A DNA stretch of 64,000 bases from Utricularia gibba (lineage: Eukaryota > Plantae > Magnoliophyta). The notes beneath the pieces were generated by a model. That model did not search any database, was not told the origin of the DNA, and saw only the letters and a list, made by a program, of their open reading frames with translations. Where the stretch lies: positions 2,356,001 through 2,420,000 of the forward strand of contig CM007991.1 in NCBI GenBank assembly GCA_002189035.1, written 5' to 3'. Numbering within the stretch: the first letter of the stretch is position 1; each line of letters opens with the position of its first letter. The translations under genes and the position numbers were made by a program. This document shows positions 23,348 to 35,024 of this stretch, piece by piece.

Positions 23348-26300
23348 TCACTTCCTTTTAAGAGAAGTGCGTTCATTTGCCTTCTCCATTTCCATTTCAG
23401 CCTCCTTTTGGGCTTTCTTTTTTTCAATTTCAGCTTGTTTGCAGTTCTCTTCATGAGCTTTCTGGAATAACTTCACAAAGTTCAAAAGGTTTGCAATGAC
23501 TGCATTCAGGAAAATGGAAAGAATAAGCAATCTGCATTGCTAAGTTAAATGCGCAGGAAAAAGAGATTCATTATATTCTACCTTGTTCGAATGGACATTT
23601 TGCTGGATCTTCACCAAAGTAAAGAGCCAGAGCATCCGCATTTCTTCCCTAAACGAAAATAATAGTACAGCAATAATTGCCATGTGTTCTGATGGTATTG
23701 AGAATATTTATGTTGCGTGACTTACAGCGATGGAATACAAGCTTGTTACAGAGGCCACTTCAGCCTCCGCAATACCAATGAACTCCTTCAGTGTCTGCAA
23801 AAATGATCAAAAGTTTTTACAAACACACAAATGGCAAGAATCTGCGATTGTGTATCTAAATGACCATAAAAGAGATATTTCCACAAATATGATCACAAAT
23901 AAAAGCTAAATAAAATTTGATAATGTGAATGAGTCTATAGCATGAGGAGAGCGGTTGAAAATAAAAATGAATAATACCTTACGAAAAGTTTCAGAAACAG
24001 GGCCATCGCTTTCCGATGCCTCCAGCTCCCGATTAACTTTTTCCAAGCCTTTGATAATGGCTTGCATTTCCTCTGCCAAGGATTTCAACTGAATCTGTGA
24101 AAACAAAAGCATAAATATATTCAATCTCCTGAAAGTCACCAAAAGCACTTAAAAATGTTTGCTAACTAAAATAAAATGAAACCTTCGATGCAGCTTCTAG
24201 GCTAACTAGATCTTTGTGAAAGTCCAAAAGTTCAGGCCTTCTCGAGGCAAGAACCTGAGGAGCAAAATTACCCAATCAATGAATAACCAGATAGACTACT
24301 TAGTTCACTATTGGATACATTGTGGTGACGAAATGAATACCTTGCATAGATAATGCATAAGGGTCATCTTGTTGTTGGAAGCACGTGTATCTGTGAGTTT
24401 CAAAAGGCTGTCCAATTTGAATCCAACAGCAGAGCCTGAATATCAAGTTTACAAACACATTAAAAATCATACGTTTCTCACTTTCACCAAGAAATGGACC
24501 TGCAACACTTTCTTGGGAGCAAATGTACTAAATTTGAATATCTGAAAGCAACACACTTTGATCTCTCAAATGGGAAGAAATAAATGGTAGGAAGACCCAA
24601 AATCTTCTTGGTTAACAGGCTCATAAATAATATCCATAAACTTGAATTAGAGAACACGCTTCCTGCTGCAGCAAAGGTTGATGTAATGGAGGATGAAACA
24701 CAAAATTCAATGGTATCTTGTGTAAGCTGGGACAGTACGCAGTGAATTGTGAAGGGAAAACATTTCTCCTTAGTAGGTTCGGACATGAAATTTCGATACT
24801 TCAGATAAACTCACAGAATAAAACAATAAACTCCAATGAATTGAATATCACAAAATAAGCTGCTTTTGAAGAAAATGCTATATACCTCTAGCTGTTCCTT
24901 GATTCAGTGTATTGCCAAGACTCAAAATTCTCTTCATAATTTCTTTCAGCTTTAGGGACTTCCGAACCTAGAAAACTTTGAAATTAGAAGTTATGTGGAA
25001 GATAAAGGTAGCAAATATCAGTCACAGTGGTGCATATTTCTTTCTACCTCCTCGCAAGAAGAATTTACTGTGCCCAAGCTTCTCTTAAAATCAGTAACCT
25101 GAGATAAATGCAAAATTCAATTATGAAATTGTTAAAGTTGTAAGTGCAAGTATTTTCGGCAAACCTGGGATATGAACTGGATCTTGAACAAGAAGACTCT
25201 TAATTTAGATTCAACTCTTGGCACTTTCATCAGCTCCAGGAAAAACTGAAATAATTAAGCGAGGAAGTTGGCATTGGTCTTATTCATTTGATCACCTATG
25301 ATCTACTGACCAATAAAACAGAAGCATGAAGGAATGTAATGAATGAAGGGATTGTGGCAAGAAACTTCAACAAATCTTTTAAATAGGATGGCAATATACC
25401 AAGAAAATCAAAATTTTAAACATTCAAGAAACATCAAAATACAGTAGCACAATATATCATAAATAGATCGAGTCAGATTAACTAACAGACCTGCTCACAC
25501 TTCCCCAAGTTCTCCTTGTTGCCTGTGTAGGCCTATAAACGTACAATACTTCTGGTAAATATGCAGACGACAAAGGTTGTTGCAATTTGTAAAAAATACA
25601 GGACAAATAAAATGCAATTAAAACTTCACCTTGAGAAGTTCCATCTCCTCCTTTGTTGGACAGAATTTAATGAGATTTTCTACTTGATCAGCATCCAAAA
25701 TTGACTCATCCATTGTGAGTGCTGCGGCCTGCAAATATAAAGATCATGGTGCTAGCTTGCTATTATTGGGGAAGGTAGAAAAAATATAGTGAACTATGTA
25801 CATCTAATCAGAATAAACTGCCATCTCTATATTAAATACAGAACAAAAATGTACTCCAACGTTGCAGTTTGTACAAACAGCACTTGATCATCGTAATTAA
25901 CACCTTGGATGGGAATCACTAGAAAATCTTCACATATAAACTAGTTTGTTTTCCCTACAAGATGCTTCGGTTTGTTTTTGAATGCTCTTTATCATTTCTT
26001 ATGAGTATACATATACCTCGGAAGTAATTTTAAGGACATGAGATATCAACAGCACCTTTCAGTTATTTCACACTGCTAGGTACAACATTTTACACTAGTC
26101 GTTTCATGAAGTCTTCAATCGAGATTTGTTCGCACAGAAAGTCAGACTTTCTTGGACACCACAGAAGAATTTTTTTACACAAACATCCGTTCATATTACA
26201 ATGCAGTGCTACATAACTGCCAAAAGAAAAAAAAGCTCTTAAAAAGAAATAACACAAAACACACCAAATTGAATCAATAGAATCATGTAGAATCAAAACA

Positions 26301-29300
26301 CCACTCTTGTGACTAAGAGATGAAACGCTCGGATATAATGCATTGCTAGCTTACCATAATGTCAGGGAGCGGCATTTTCACTTTTGTGAGCATTATCTCG
26401 GTGTTATTGGCTCGCCTTAGGTCAATCTACAAAGCATAAATGAAAGAAAGGAGCCATCTCAAACCATCCGAACTCACAAATATGCTCAGAATGGAAAAAG
26501 GAAATAATGAAAAAGATCATGTGATTATTGAACATTTTAGTTCAAAGAAACCCCAAATCATGCTTTCTTTGATCTGATGAAGAAAAACCTTGTAAAAGTT
26601 ACAGACAATTTGAGCCAGTCAAGAAATTCATGATTCTCTGCATTAACTGCAGACTTCATTGAGATAACTAAGGCATATTCCACCTCTTTTTTTCCGAGTA
26701 AAATGAAACAATTTCTGTAATCTTAAAACCAAAGTATATTGACTCAGACACGTGGTTAAATTGTTGAAAAACATCTTAAATTAGTGTTTGTCATATGCCA
26801 TGAATGATAATAATTCTTCATACCCAAACTAGCAGTTGTTACCAAAGAACAGAAACCCACACATAATTACCAGATGAAGTATGTCAGGCTTTGATCCAGT
26901 GGACTTTCTCCGACTCCCAGATTTTCCACCTGTGCCATCTGACTTTGGAGCAATTGCAGAGAAAAGGGTCTCAAGTTCTGAGACGTCGAATTCCGATGCC
27001 CTAAATGTACAGTAAAAAATAAAACTACAATGGAAAGAAAGGCACTACTGAAAATTCAACTGCAACTAAAACTAGCTTACATTAACAGAGAAAAAAATGA
27101 AGAAGTTATTAAATATTAAAAAAATACTTTAATTCAAAACTAACAGCTTCAAAACTCATAAGTTTAGTGAACAGAAAAAAATGTTGTATATAAAAAGGAC
27201 AAGTACATTTGAGGCTCTCCATATCTCTGCAGCTCCTCCCATAGACTTCCCTGTACCACCCGAGTAACCTTGCTCCAATGCAATGGCTTCAAATTTGATC
27301 TACGAGCAGCAGTAGCAGATTGCACAGGACGTGAAGGCCGATAAACACCAGAGGGCAGCTCTCTTGCCTCACTTGCAGAAAATTTTACAGCATTGGGAGG
27401 CTGAGGAGGACCACCTCCTACATGTCCATGCCCAGTAACATGACCATTTTGGGGAGGCAGTGGAAGTGCTGCTACCCCCATAGTTGTAGGAGGAGCTCCT
27501 CGTGGACCTCCTGGAGGGGGAGGGGGAGGTGGTGCTAATCGTTGACCTCCTGGAAGAGGTGGTGGAGGCGGGGATGCTCTTGGACCCCAGGAGGAGGTGG
27601 TGGGGGTGGGGCTGCTCTTGGACCTCCAGGAGGAGGTGGTGGGGTGGGGCTGCTCTTGGACCTCCAGGAGGAGGTGGTGGGGGTGGAGCTGCTTTTGCAC
27701 CCCAGGAGGAGGAGGTGGTGGGGTGGAGCTGCTTTTGCACCCCAGGAGGAGGTGGTGGTGGAGGTGGGGTTAGTCTTGGGCCCCCTCCAGGAGGAGGCGG
27801 GGGAGATGGGGCAACTCGTAGGTCTCCAGGAGGAGGAGGTGGAGGTGGAGGGAGTGCTATTCTGGATCCTCCTGAAGGAGGAGGTGGTGGTGGGGGACTA
27901 ATGCCCGAGAGGTTCCTGGAAGAGAAAGTGGAGATGGTCGGGGGACTGCTGCCTGAGAGCCTCCCCCGAGAGGGGGTGGAGGTGGTGGAGGGACTGCTAC
28001 ACGAGAACCTCCAGGAAGAGGAGGTGGTGGTGGTGGTGGTGGTGAAGGGACTACCTGAGAGCCTCCTAGATGAGGAGTTGGAGGGACTGCTACACGAGAG
28101 CCTCCTGGAAGAGGAGGTGGAGGTGGTGGAGGGACTGCTACCCGAGAGCCTCCCGGAAGAGGAGGTGGAGGTGGTGGAGGGACTGCTACCCGAGAGCCTG
28201 TTGGAATAGGAGGTGGAGTTGGTGGTGGTGGGAAAGTTGTTTTGGAACTTCCTAGACAAGGTGATGGTGGTGGTGGTGGAGGAGGAGGAGACAGTGCTTC
28301 TCTAAAGGCTCCCAGGGGAGGGGGAGGAGGAGGTGCAGCTGGTGGAGGGGGTGCCACCTGGGATCCTCTCGGAAAAGGTGGGGGTGGGGGTGGTGGTGGT
28401 GGTGGTGGAGGAGGGGATGCTACCTGAGAACCTCTCGGAAGAGGTGGAGGAGGTGGTGCTGGAGGTGGCGTGCTGGCTATGAATGGTGAAGTTATAGAGG
28501 AATTCAAACGAGGAACAGGAGAAATTACATCTACAGAAGATCTAAGAGAATCGGTTGGATGAGGCAGAGACAGCTGCAAGGTACAAGTTGGTGAGGATAG
28601 AGGTGAATTTGGTTGCAAGGAATCAAGTTCTTGGGCATCACACTCCCCCTCTAGTCTCGAATGTGAAGTTACAGAAGAAACCACTTGACCTGATGCTGGT
28701 TCTGGAGCTGATGGCCTATTTAAATGTTTAGAAAGGCTAGATGAAATCCTATCCACCACAGGTGTTACCTCTGATGTTGGAATAGCAGACTGAGCCTTAG
28801 ACTTGACTGCAGGTGAAGAGTCCTTCCCAATAGCTAATGCTGGAGGAGCACTGTTATATCGTGATGGCGGGTAGTAGATATGCATTGAATTGGTGTATGA
28901 ACCTTTGTTAGGAGGTATCCACCTGGACACAGAGTTTGGCTTTGCTTGTCTAGCTGGAGAGCTTGGGGAATCTTGCTGCTTAGACTTCTTGCTTGTGCCT
29001 GATATTTCAGAAGCAGGCTTAGAACTAGGTATCATGGGCTTTTTTGATGGAGATGAGATCCCCTTGTCCAACTTTTGTTTAACAGCATCAACGGACTTCT
29101 GCGGTGGACTCTGCTTTTCAACATTTCTCATCGAAGGAGAAATTTCTTCCAGTTTCTTAATTTCCCCCTCTTCAAATTTTATATGCCTAGCAGGATTTAC
29201 CAGCTTCGTTTGAGCATCACCATCCACATCATAAATCACATGTCCGGGCTGGGGACCTCCAGTTTGCAAACTGTCATGAGCATAGACTTCCTTGTTATCA

Positions 29301-31018
29301 TGCACATGAAGTACAACATCAGACGCACAATCTTCAAATGTGTGCATATCCAAGTCAGTGCTCAAAACTTCTTCATGGCGATTTCCAGTATCTGAAGGAC
29401 TAGATTTAACTTCGAGTTTTTCCAAATCCACCTTACTATCTGTTCCATCAACAACATTACTGAAAATCTCTTCAGCCTCAAAAAATTCTTCAGGTGCGGC
29501 ACCTTCTGTTTCATTGCTCTCTTCAACCCCTGATGCTTCAGTTGGAAGTATAGAAGGTACTGAATGAGCATCTGAAAAGAGTACCTGATAAAAAAATGTA
29601 TTTTCAGCTACTAGAATTACATATACACGAAAAAAAAAAAAAACCAAGACAAGCACATAAGCCACTATGTACCTCAGCCCGGAATTCCCTGGAAAATTGG
29701 TCTTTCGCATCCCATAGCACATCAACTTCATCCCGAATCAGAGTCAACACATTAGTACGAACAAATGAAGTATGAAACATAATCCTGAATATCATCTCTT
29801 CCCTCACCAAATCCTCCTCAAAATGGATGCACTCTAAAACAACATCTCCTTGGATGCGACAATATATGTTGATTTTTACCAGTTCACATTCCTCCTGCGG
29901 CCATAAATCATATAACACATAATCTTTGAGTTCAACGCACATATTCTAGATCAACCAAGACACCCTTTTTGAAGTAAATACTGAATTATGGCATTACCTG
30001 CTGGTAGAAACGGATGTTTTTTGGCACTTTAGAAGTGGAAAACAAAAGCATTGAACTTCGGTTGGATGCTAATGAAGAGGGATCCTGACCATATACACGA
30101 ATAACTGGTCTACATCCTCTTCCACCATCATACAGGGGAATGTTCCTAAGCATGATGCTGTCTAACATAAGAGGTGTATCAGATGGCGCTCTATCTGACC
30201 CAGCACTGTTTCTTCTTGATATGTACTGAAGATACCTAAGCTGGGATGGCTGGGGATTCAGGGGAGACAATAGATGAAGAAGCTCCCTGGGGGCTTGCTT
30301 GTATACCATCTCAAGGGTCTTCTGCTCGCCAATATATTGTTTTCTGTACAGAAGAAGAGCTGCAAGCATAAATGCTAGCACGGGCCACCCTCCCCTTTCA
30401 CAGTACATCAGAAGCACATTTTGCTGACCCTCAAGCGACAACCAGCTCTCACTTGAACGTAAAAAGTGGTGGATCATCTCCAGTGGCAAGAGAGGGCATC
30501 CTTCGTACTGTCGTGGATAATCCATCACAGTCATATCATACTGAGACAATACATCTGACAACTGGCTTCTCCTATCGCCCTCCTTAAAGTTAAAAACCAT
30601 AAAAGCAGCATCAGGATAGTGATCCTGTAGCTGTGCAACAATTCCATTCATGTAACTTCTGTACTCATCTTCATCGAGAACATCAGTAGAGAAGCAGCAG
30701 TCGAACACTGTACACAATCAAATGATGTTGGTTAAAAGTAGCGTTCACTTCTTCGCGTTTTCTAATTCTATATATGTAATGAGGTTACACGGATAAGAGA
30801 AAGAGCCGGGGAAATGTATGAACCAGTAAAAACTAAAACTGCCCCACAAGTATAAGTATAAAACAAGGAACTCAACTGCCGGTCCAAGTCTTAGCAGTTG
30901 AAATTCGCTGCAAAAAAAAGAACCAAACTAACAGCTAATTCATACCGTAGACCCTTTCAGAGATCTCGAGAAGCCGATCCGGCGGCTTCCGATAGAAGAA
31001 CCGTCTGAACAGCGCCAT
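23348..31018 (-). CDS. FH20: Class II formin (PTEN phosphatase/C2 + FH1 + FH2; AtFH20/OsFH5-like); six apparent 1-nt deletions in FH1
   Basis: Exon 1 MALFRRFFYRKPPDRLLEISERVY (31018-30946), VFDCCFS...LMYCERGGWPVLAFMLA, C2 exon (GDVVLECI...FRIMFHTSFVR), poly-Pro FH1, then FH2 exons (LKPLHWSKVTRVVQGSLWEE, RRANNTEIMLTK, LGNTLNQGTARG, FVKLFQKAHEEN). Confidence 0.92.
27500..28480. repeat. FH1 coding tandem repeats (45-bp VPPPPPPPLPGGSRVA units and ~39-42-bp GGPRAAPPPPPPP units)
   Basis: Near-identical units such as GGAGGGACTGCTAC(C/A)CGAGAGCCTCC and GGAGCTGCTTTTGCACCCCAGGAGG recur on the + strand. Confidence 0.9.
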
Positions 31019-31928
31019 CTAAAGGCGCTGTATTCCCTGATCAGATCCACAACCCTTACTCGAGAGAGCAAAGCAGCAGAATTTCACCTAAATTCCACTC
31101 AATTAACTAAAGATCTTCACAGGTCATCGGTCACCGCCAGAAATGCTCGCGGCAAGAATCATCCAATAGCAAAGCCAGACCAATTCCAACCCGGAAAACG
31201 ATTCTGACCACGCAAAAAACTTAGTCACCACCTCAGGACCAAATAGCCGAACCAGCACAAAAATCTGAATCAAAAGAGGCTGCTTCAGCAAGAAAGACCT
31301 GAACAGCACTCGAAATACAGAATGCCCCGCGAGAATCACGTATTTAACCGAGAGGTAAAGCACGGCGAATCAAAACCTCACCCTGCTCAACACACGACAG
31401 AAAACTACTAGTCAGACGAGAGCAGCAGAGAAGCAAGAAGAAAAATAGTGGACGGTCTCGTTCGGTACAAGCAAGCCCCGCTCAACCCGACCCGACCCGA
31501 TCCGAATATCCCAACCGATTTCAAATATTAGTATTTCTTTCAAAAAGAAATCCAGAAAAATAAAAACAAATCATAGTAAACAGACCATGTGATTGGCCTG
31601 CACTTCATTTCTATGTATTATTGGCATCCCTATGTTTAATGGAATGATTCATACAAAACAAACAAAATTGAAATTATATGGTTCAATTTCGCATCTCAGT
31701 ATTTAAAAAATTACGAATCATTCATTATATAGATTAAATGACATTCAATATAACCAAGATTGAATGATTTTGGAGGTTGATGATATTCATGTTTTCAAAA
31801 AAAATATATTAGAAAAATGTTGGTGGCTGAACATCCTTTTTGATGACACGTGTCCCATGACCAAACAAGTAATCCGGGTGGATATTGCCATAATTTAAAG
31901 GGGATTACTTCCATTGGAATTGATTTGT

Positions 31929-33890
31929 CTATTTGGCACCATGTAACCTGTCAAGTATCCTCCATGTTGCAGCATCTGGTTTCAGGCCATTGCTCCTCAT
32001 GTCGCCGACGATCTGATAAGCCTCTCTTTTGAGGCCCAGCTTGGCGCAGTAGTCCAGAACGATGTTGTAGTTCACGTTATTGGGACTGATCTCAAGCTCT
32101 GCCAGCTGATGCAGCACATCGAAGGCCTCATTCAGCCTCTCTGCTGCGCACAGACCTTTGAGCAGAGCTGAGTAGACAAAGCTGTCATGCTTCCCTGATA
32201 CCAACACTACGCTTTCCCACAGCTTCTTAGCATCGTCTACCCGGGAATGCGAACATAAACCGTCGATGATGATGGCGTAGGTTCTGCAGTCTGTGGAGGA
32301 CGCGGCCATGTTTTCTAACATGTTCATAGCTTCGTCTACTCGGCCGTTTCTGAACAGCCCACCGAGTAGAATGTTGTGAGTAACAGTTGAGGGAGAAATG
32401 CCGTGCCTGGGGATGAGATCATTCCAATACTTGAAAGCTTCTTCTACGTTTCCTAGATTCAGGAATCCTTGGATGATGGTGGCGTAAGTCACTTCATTTG
32501 GAGCACAGAATTTGCCCACTGTCATGTCGTTAAGCACCTTGACAGCATCTTCTAATCTCCCAAGTTTGCAGAATCCATTGATGACAGTGTTCAGGGTAAT
32601 CACGTCCGGCTGACACTGTGAATGAAGCATCAAGACAAGTACATTTAGGAGCTCCGTGGGATTGCTCATCTCACAAATGGCTCTCAGATAAATGTTGTAT
32701 ATCCTTGTCCTGTTGACACCTTCCTTGCACAGCATTGTGTTTAAGACTTCCTTGGCTTTGGCTAGATCGTGTTCACGGCACAGGCCACGGACTAAGAGAT
32801 TATAGGTAAATTCAGAGGGGAAAAACCCAATCTGCTTAGCTTCTTCAAGTACCTGGAATGCGCGCAAAGGATCGCCATCATTGCATAAACCATGCACGAT
32901 TGCATTGTATGAAACGAAGCTGGGAGTAAAACCCCTTTTTTGCATTATGTAGATGATCCTGGCAGCACCATTATACCTTCCAAATGCGCAAAGAGAATCT
33001 ACCATCTGCCCATAAGCAAATTCTTCATCAACATTCTTGCCTTGGGGCATATTCTCTGCAATCCTGAAGACCTCATGAAACAAACCTTCTCTGCACAAGT
33101 GCTGCATCAAGTCACAAAAGGCTGAATTGTTCACTTGCAGATCCTTCTCATACTCCATAGCCTCCCAGATCTTCGAGATCAAATTTATCCCATTTTCCAA
33201 GTCTCGTCTTCTCAAAACACCTGAAAGAAAAGTAGAATATGTCAAAGCATTTGGACGGAGTGCCCTCTCAGACATTTCGTCAAACAGCTTTTCAGCAGAC
33301 TTCACATCTCCAACTCCACAGTACCCATTGAGCAATGTAGTATATGAAACGGTATTTGGACTGTGTCCTCTCATCATCATGTGATACAGCATCCAGTGCG
33401 CTGATTCCAATCTCCCAAATTTGCAGAACCCATCAAGAAAACGATTGTAATTCGAAATCGAGGGCACAAACTCGAACTTCTCAGCAATAAAAGCGTTTAC
33501 CAAGCGTAGCGTGTTGAAAGGATCACGCCCTTGAAGCAACCGCGCCATGAGAATATTGCAAGTCCTCTCATCAGGGACGCAGTGGGAAGAGATAAAATGA
33601 AGAAACCATTGGTGGGCTTCTGAGAAACGGCCGGCGTCGCAGAGAGCATGGATGATGCTGCTGACATTCAATGTCTCCGGCTGATATCCGCGGGAGCGGA
33701 GCTGGTGGAGGAGGCGGAGAGCGGCATCAACATCACGGTCTTCCGTACAGAGAAGGTGGATACGTCTAGTCCAATGAGCCACGTCACTTGCACTAAAGAC
33801 ATCAACTTCAATCGGCTGTTCCGCTGCAGCAAGGATCTCTTTCCGGGAAAAACACAGAGTTCGCCATGACCCAATTCTCAGAAGACGCAT
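31929..33890 (-). CDS. P-class PPR protein (At3g18020-like), intronless
   Basis: 653-aa ORF. WTRRIHLLC...PDERTCNILMARLL...RTRIYNIYLRAIC...PDAATWRILDRLH matches the At3g18020 family. The N-terminus may be extended by the upstream exon at 34092. Confidence 0.92.
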   Translation of the reverse strand: MRLLRIGSWRTLCFSRKEILAAAEQPIEVDVFSASDVAHWTRRIHLLCTEDRDVDAALRLLHQLRSRGYQPETLNVSSIIHALCDAGRFSEAHQWFLHFISSHCVPDERTCNILMARLLQGRDPFNTLRLVNAFIAEKFEFVPSISNYNRFLDGFCKFGRLESAHWMLYHMMMRGHSPNTVSYTTLLNGYCGVGDVKSAEKLFDEMSERALRPNALTYSTFLSGVLRRRDLENGINLISKIWEAMEYEKDLQVNNSAFCDLMQHLCREGLFHEVFRIAENMPQGKNVDEEFAYGQMVDSLCAFGRYNGAARIIYIMQKRGFTPSFVSYNAIVHGLCNDGDPLRAFQVLEEAKQIGFFPSEFTYNLLVRGLCREHDLAKAKEVLNTMLCKEGVNRTRIYNIYLRAICEMSNPTELLNVLVLMLHSQCQPDVITLNTVINGFCKLGRLEDAVKVLNDMTVGKFCAPNEVTYATIIQGFLNLGNVEEAFKYWNDLIPRHGISPSTVTHNILLGGLFRNGRVDEAMNMLENMAASSTDCRTYAIIIDGLCSHSRVDDAKKLWESVVLVSGKHDSFVYSALLKGLCAAERLNEAFDVLHQLAELEISPNNVNYNIVLDYCAKLGLKREAYQIVGDMRSNGLKPDAATWRILDRLHGAK

Positions 33891-34004
33891 TTATCGGTTT
33901 TCAACGATATATCATTTCCTCGTTCTTCATGAACAGTCATCTGCAAGCCCAAGTCTTCCGATTTACGAAGTCCAAAACCCGTCCACAGCAAAAAGCACGA
34001 AAGG

Positions 34005-34137
34005 AACAGCTAAAATCATACGGTGGCATTCGGATCCCTAAAAGGCGATCCGGCAGCCTTCGAGAGAAAAATCGTTTCAACGCCGCCGCCATGCGAAGAC
34101 GCTATTTTCCCGGATTAGATCCCCAACGACAACTTAC
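34005..34137 (-). repeat. Diverged duplicate of the formin 5' UTR + exon 1 + intron-1 donor (other copy at 30930-31059)
   Basis: 32/41 nt identity over the stretch ending in ATGGCG and 37/51 over the coding part (MAAALKRFFSRRLPDRLLGI vs MALFRRFFYRKPPDRLLEI). Donor GTATGATTTTAGCTGTT vs GTATGAATTAGCTGTT. Confidence 0.8.
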
Positions 34138-35024
34138 CAACGATGCAGTAACATAATACAGCGTTTATACACTATGTATTTTATGCAGACTACATTTATA
34201 TAGTATACAGTTGAGTTGTAGAATGAGTATTACATGAATTTAGATTGTTTGAATATTTTCTTTGGTGAGTTTGGCGCTTAGAGCTGTTACGTTCCCATGC
34301 CGCGTGCCGACCGTTTGATGAAATGCCCAAGTGTAGTTTATGACCTCTTATGCTCTCTGGCTTGTGGTGGAACCTTGTGGTCTCATCTCTGTGGTTTTTA
34401 AATATCATGCTAAACCTAGAAATGTTAGAAACTGAGTTTTTGTTAATTGATGGAGTTTGTTGGAGATTGTTAATAAACATTAGCCCTTGGGATGTAAGAA
34501 TACTTGGGAGGAGGAACGAGAGATCACTGGAAAGAGTAGAGACAATGTGATTAGCGAACTGTGATTCTTTGCTTATACAATGAAACATGATCTAGTTAGC
34601 CATGTGGTTGCCTCCCTTTTGTATGTGTGTTGTGTACTTTATACGGATGTTGGTAAATGAATTTTGAATTTCAGGTGGTGGTGTAGCCAGCCACCTCGAG
34701 GAAGCCCCCTAGGAACAGAGTATTCGTACACTACTGTGCCTTGCCACTTTTGCTTGTAAATAATGAGCGAGTAGCTTGGTTCTATCAGGGGGATCTGTTG
34801 TAGAAATTCCATGTGTGATAACTTGATCTTTTGAATCAGTTACTAAGAGGGCTTTTGTTCCTTAGGACACCGCTGCTCTCTACTTAGTTCTCTCTTCTAT
34901 TTTGGTTTTGTGTTAAAAGAACTGCGGGTGGAAAACGACCTGATGAATACCCAAGCTGCCTAAAACGTATGTGCGATCACACACTGGGAGAAATATACAG
35001 AATACAACAAGACCAGGAAATTTA

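Noticed and set aside
27369-28259. 296-aa Ser/Thr/Pro ORF on the - strand resembling an extensin or mucin
   Set aside because: Alternative frame of FH1, partly the true frame between the 1-nt deletions. Not a separate gene.
27502-28427. Gly/Glu/Val-rich + strand ORFs (235, 119 and 61 aa)
   Set aside because: Antisense shadows of the formin poly-Pro repeats; CCN-rich repeats lack stops on the opposite strand.
34196-34900. 130-aa and 66-aa ORFs between the PPR and HDA5
   Set aside because: No recognisable protein or TE motif; could be decayed repeat or UTR.
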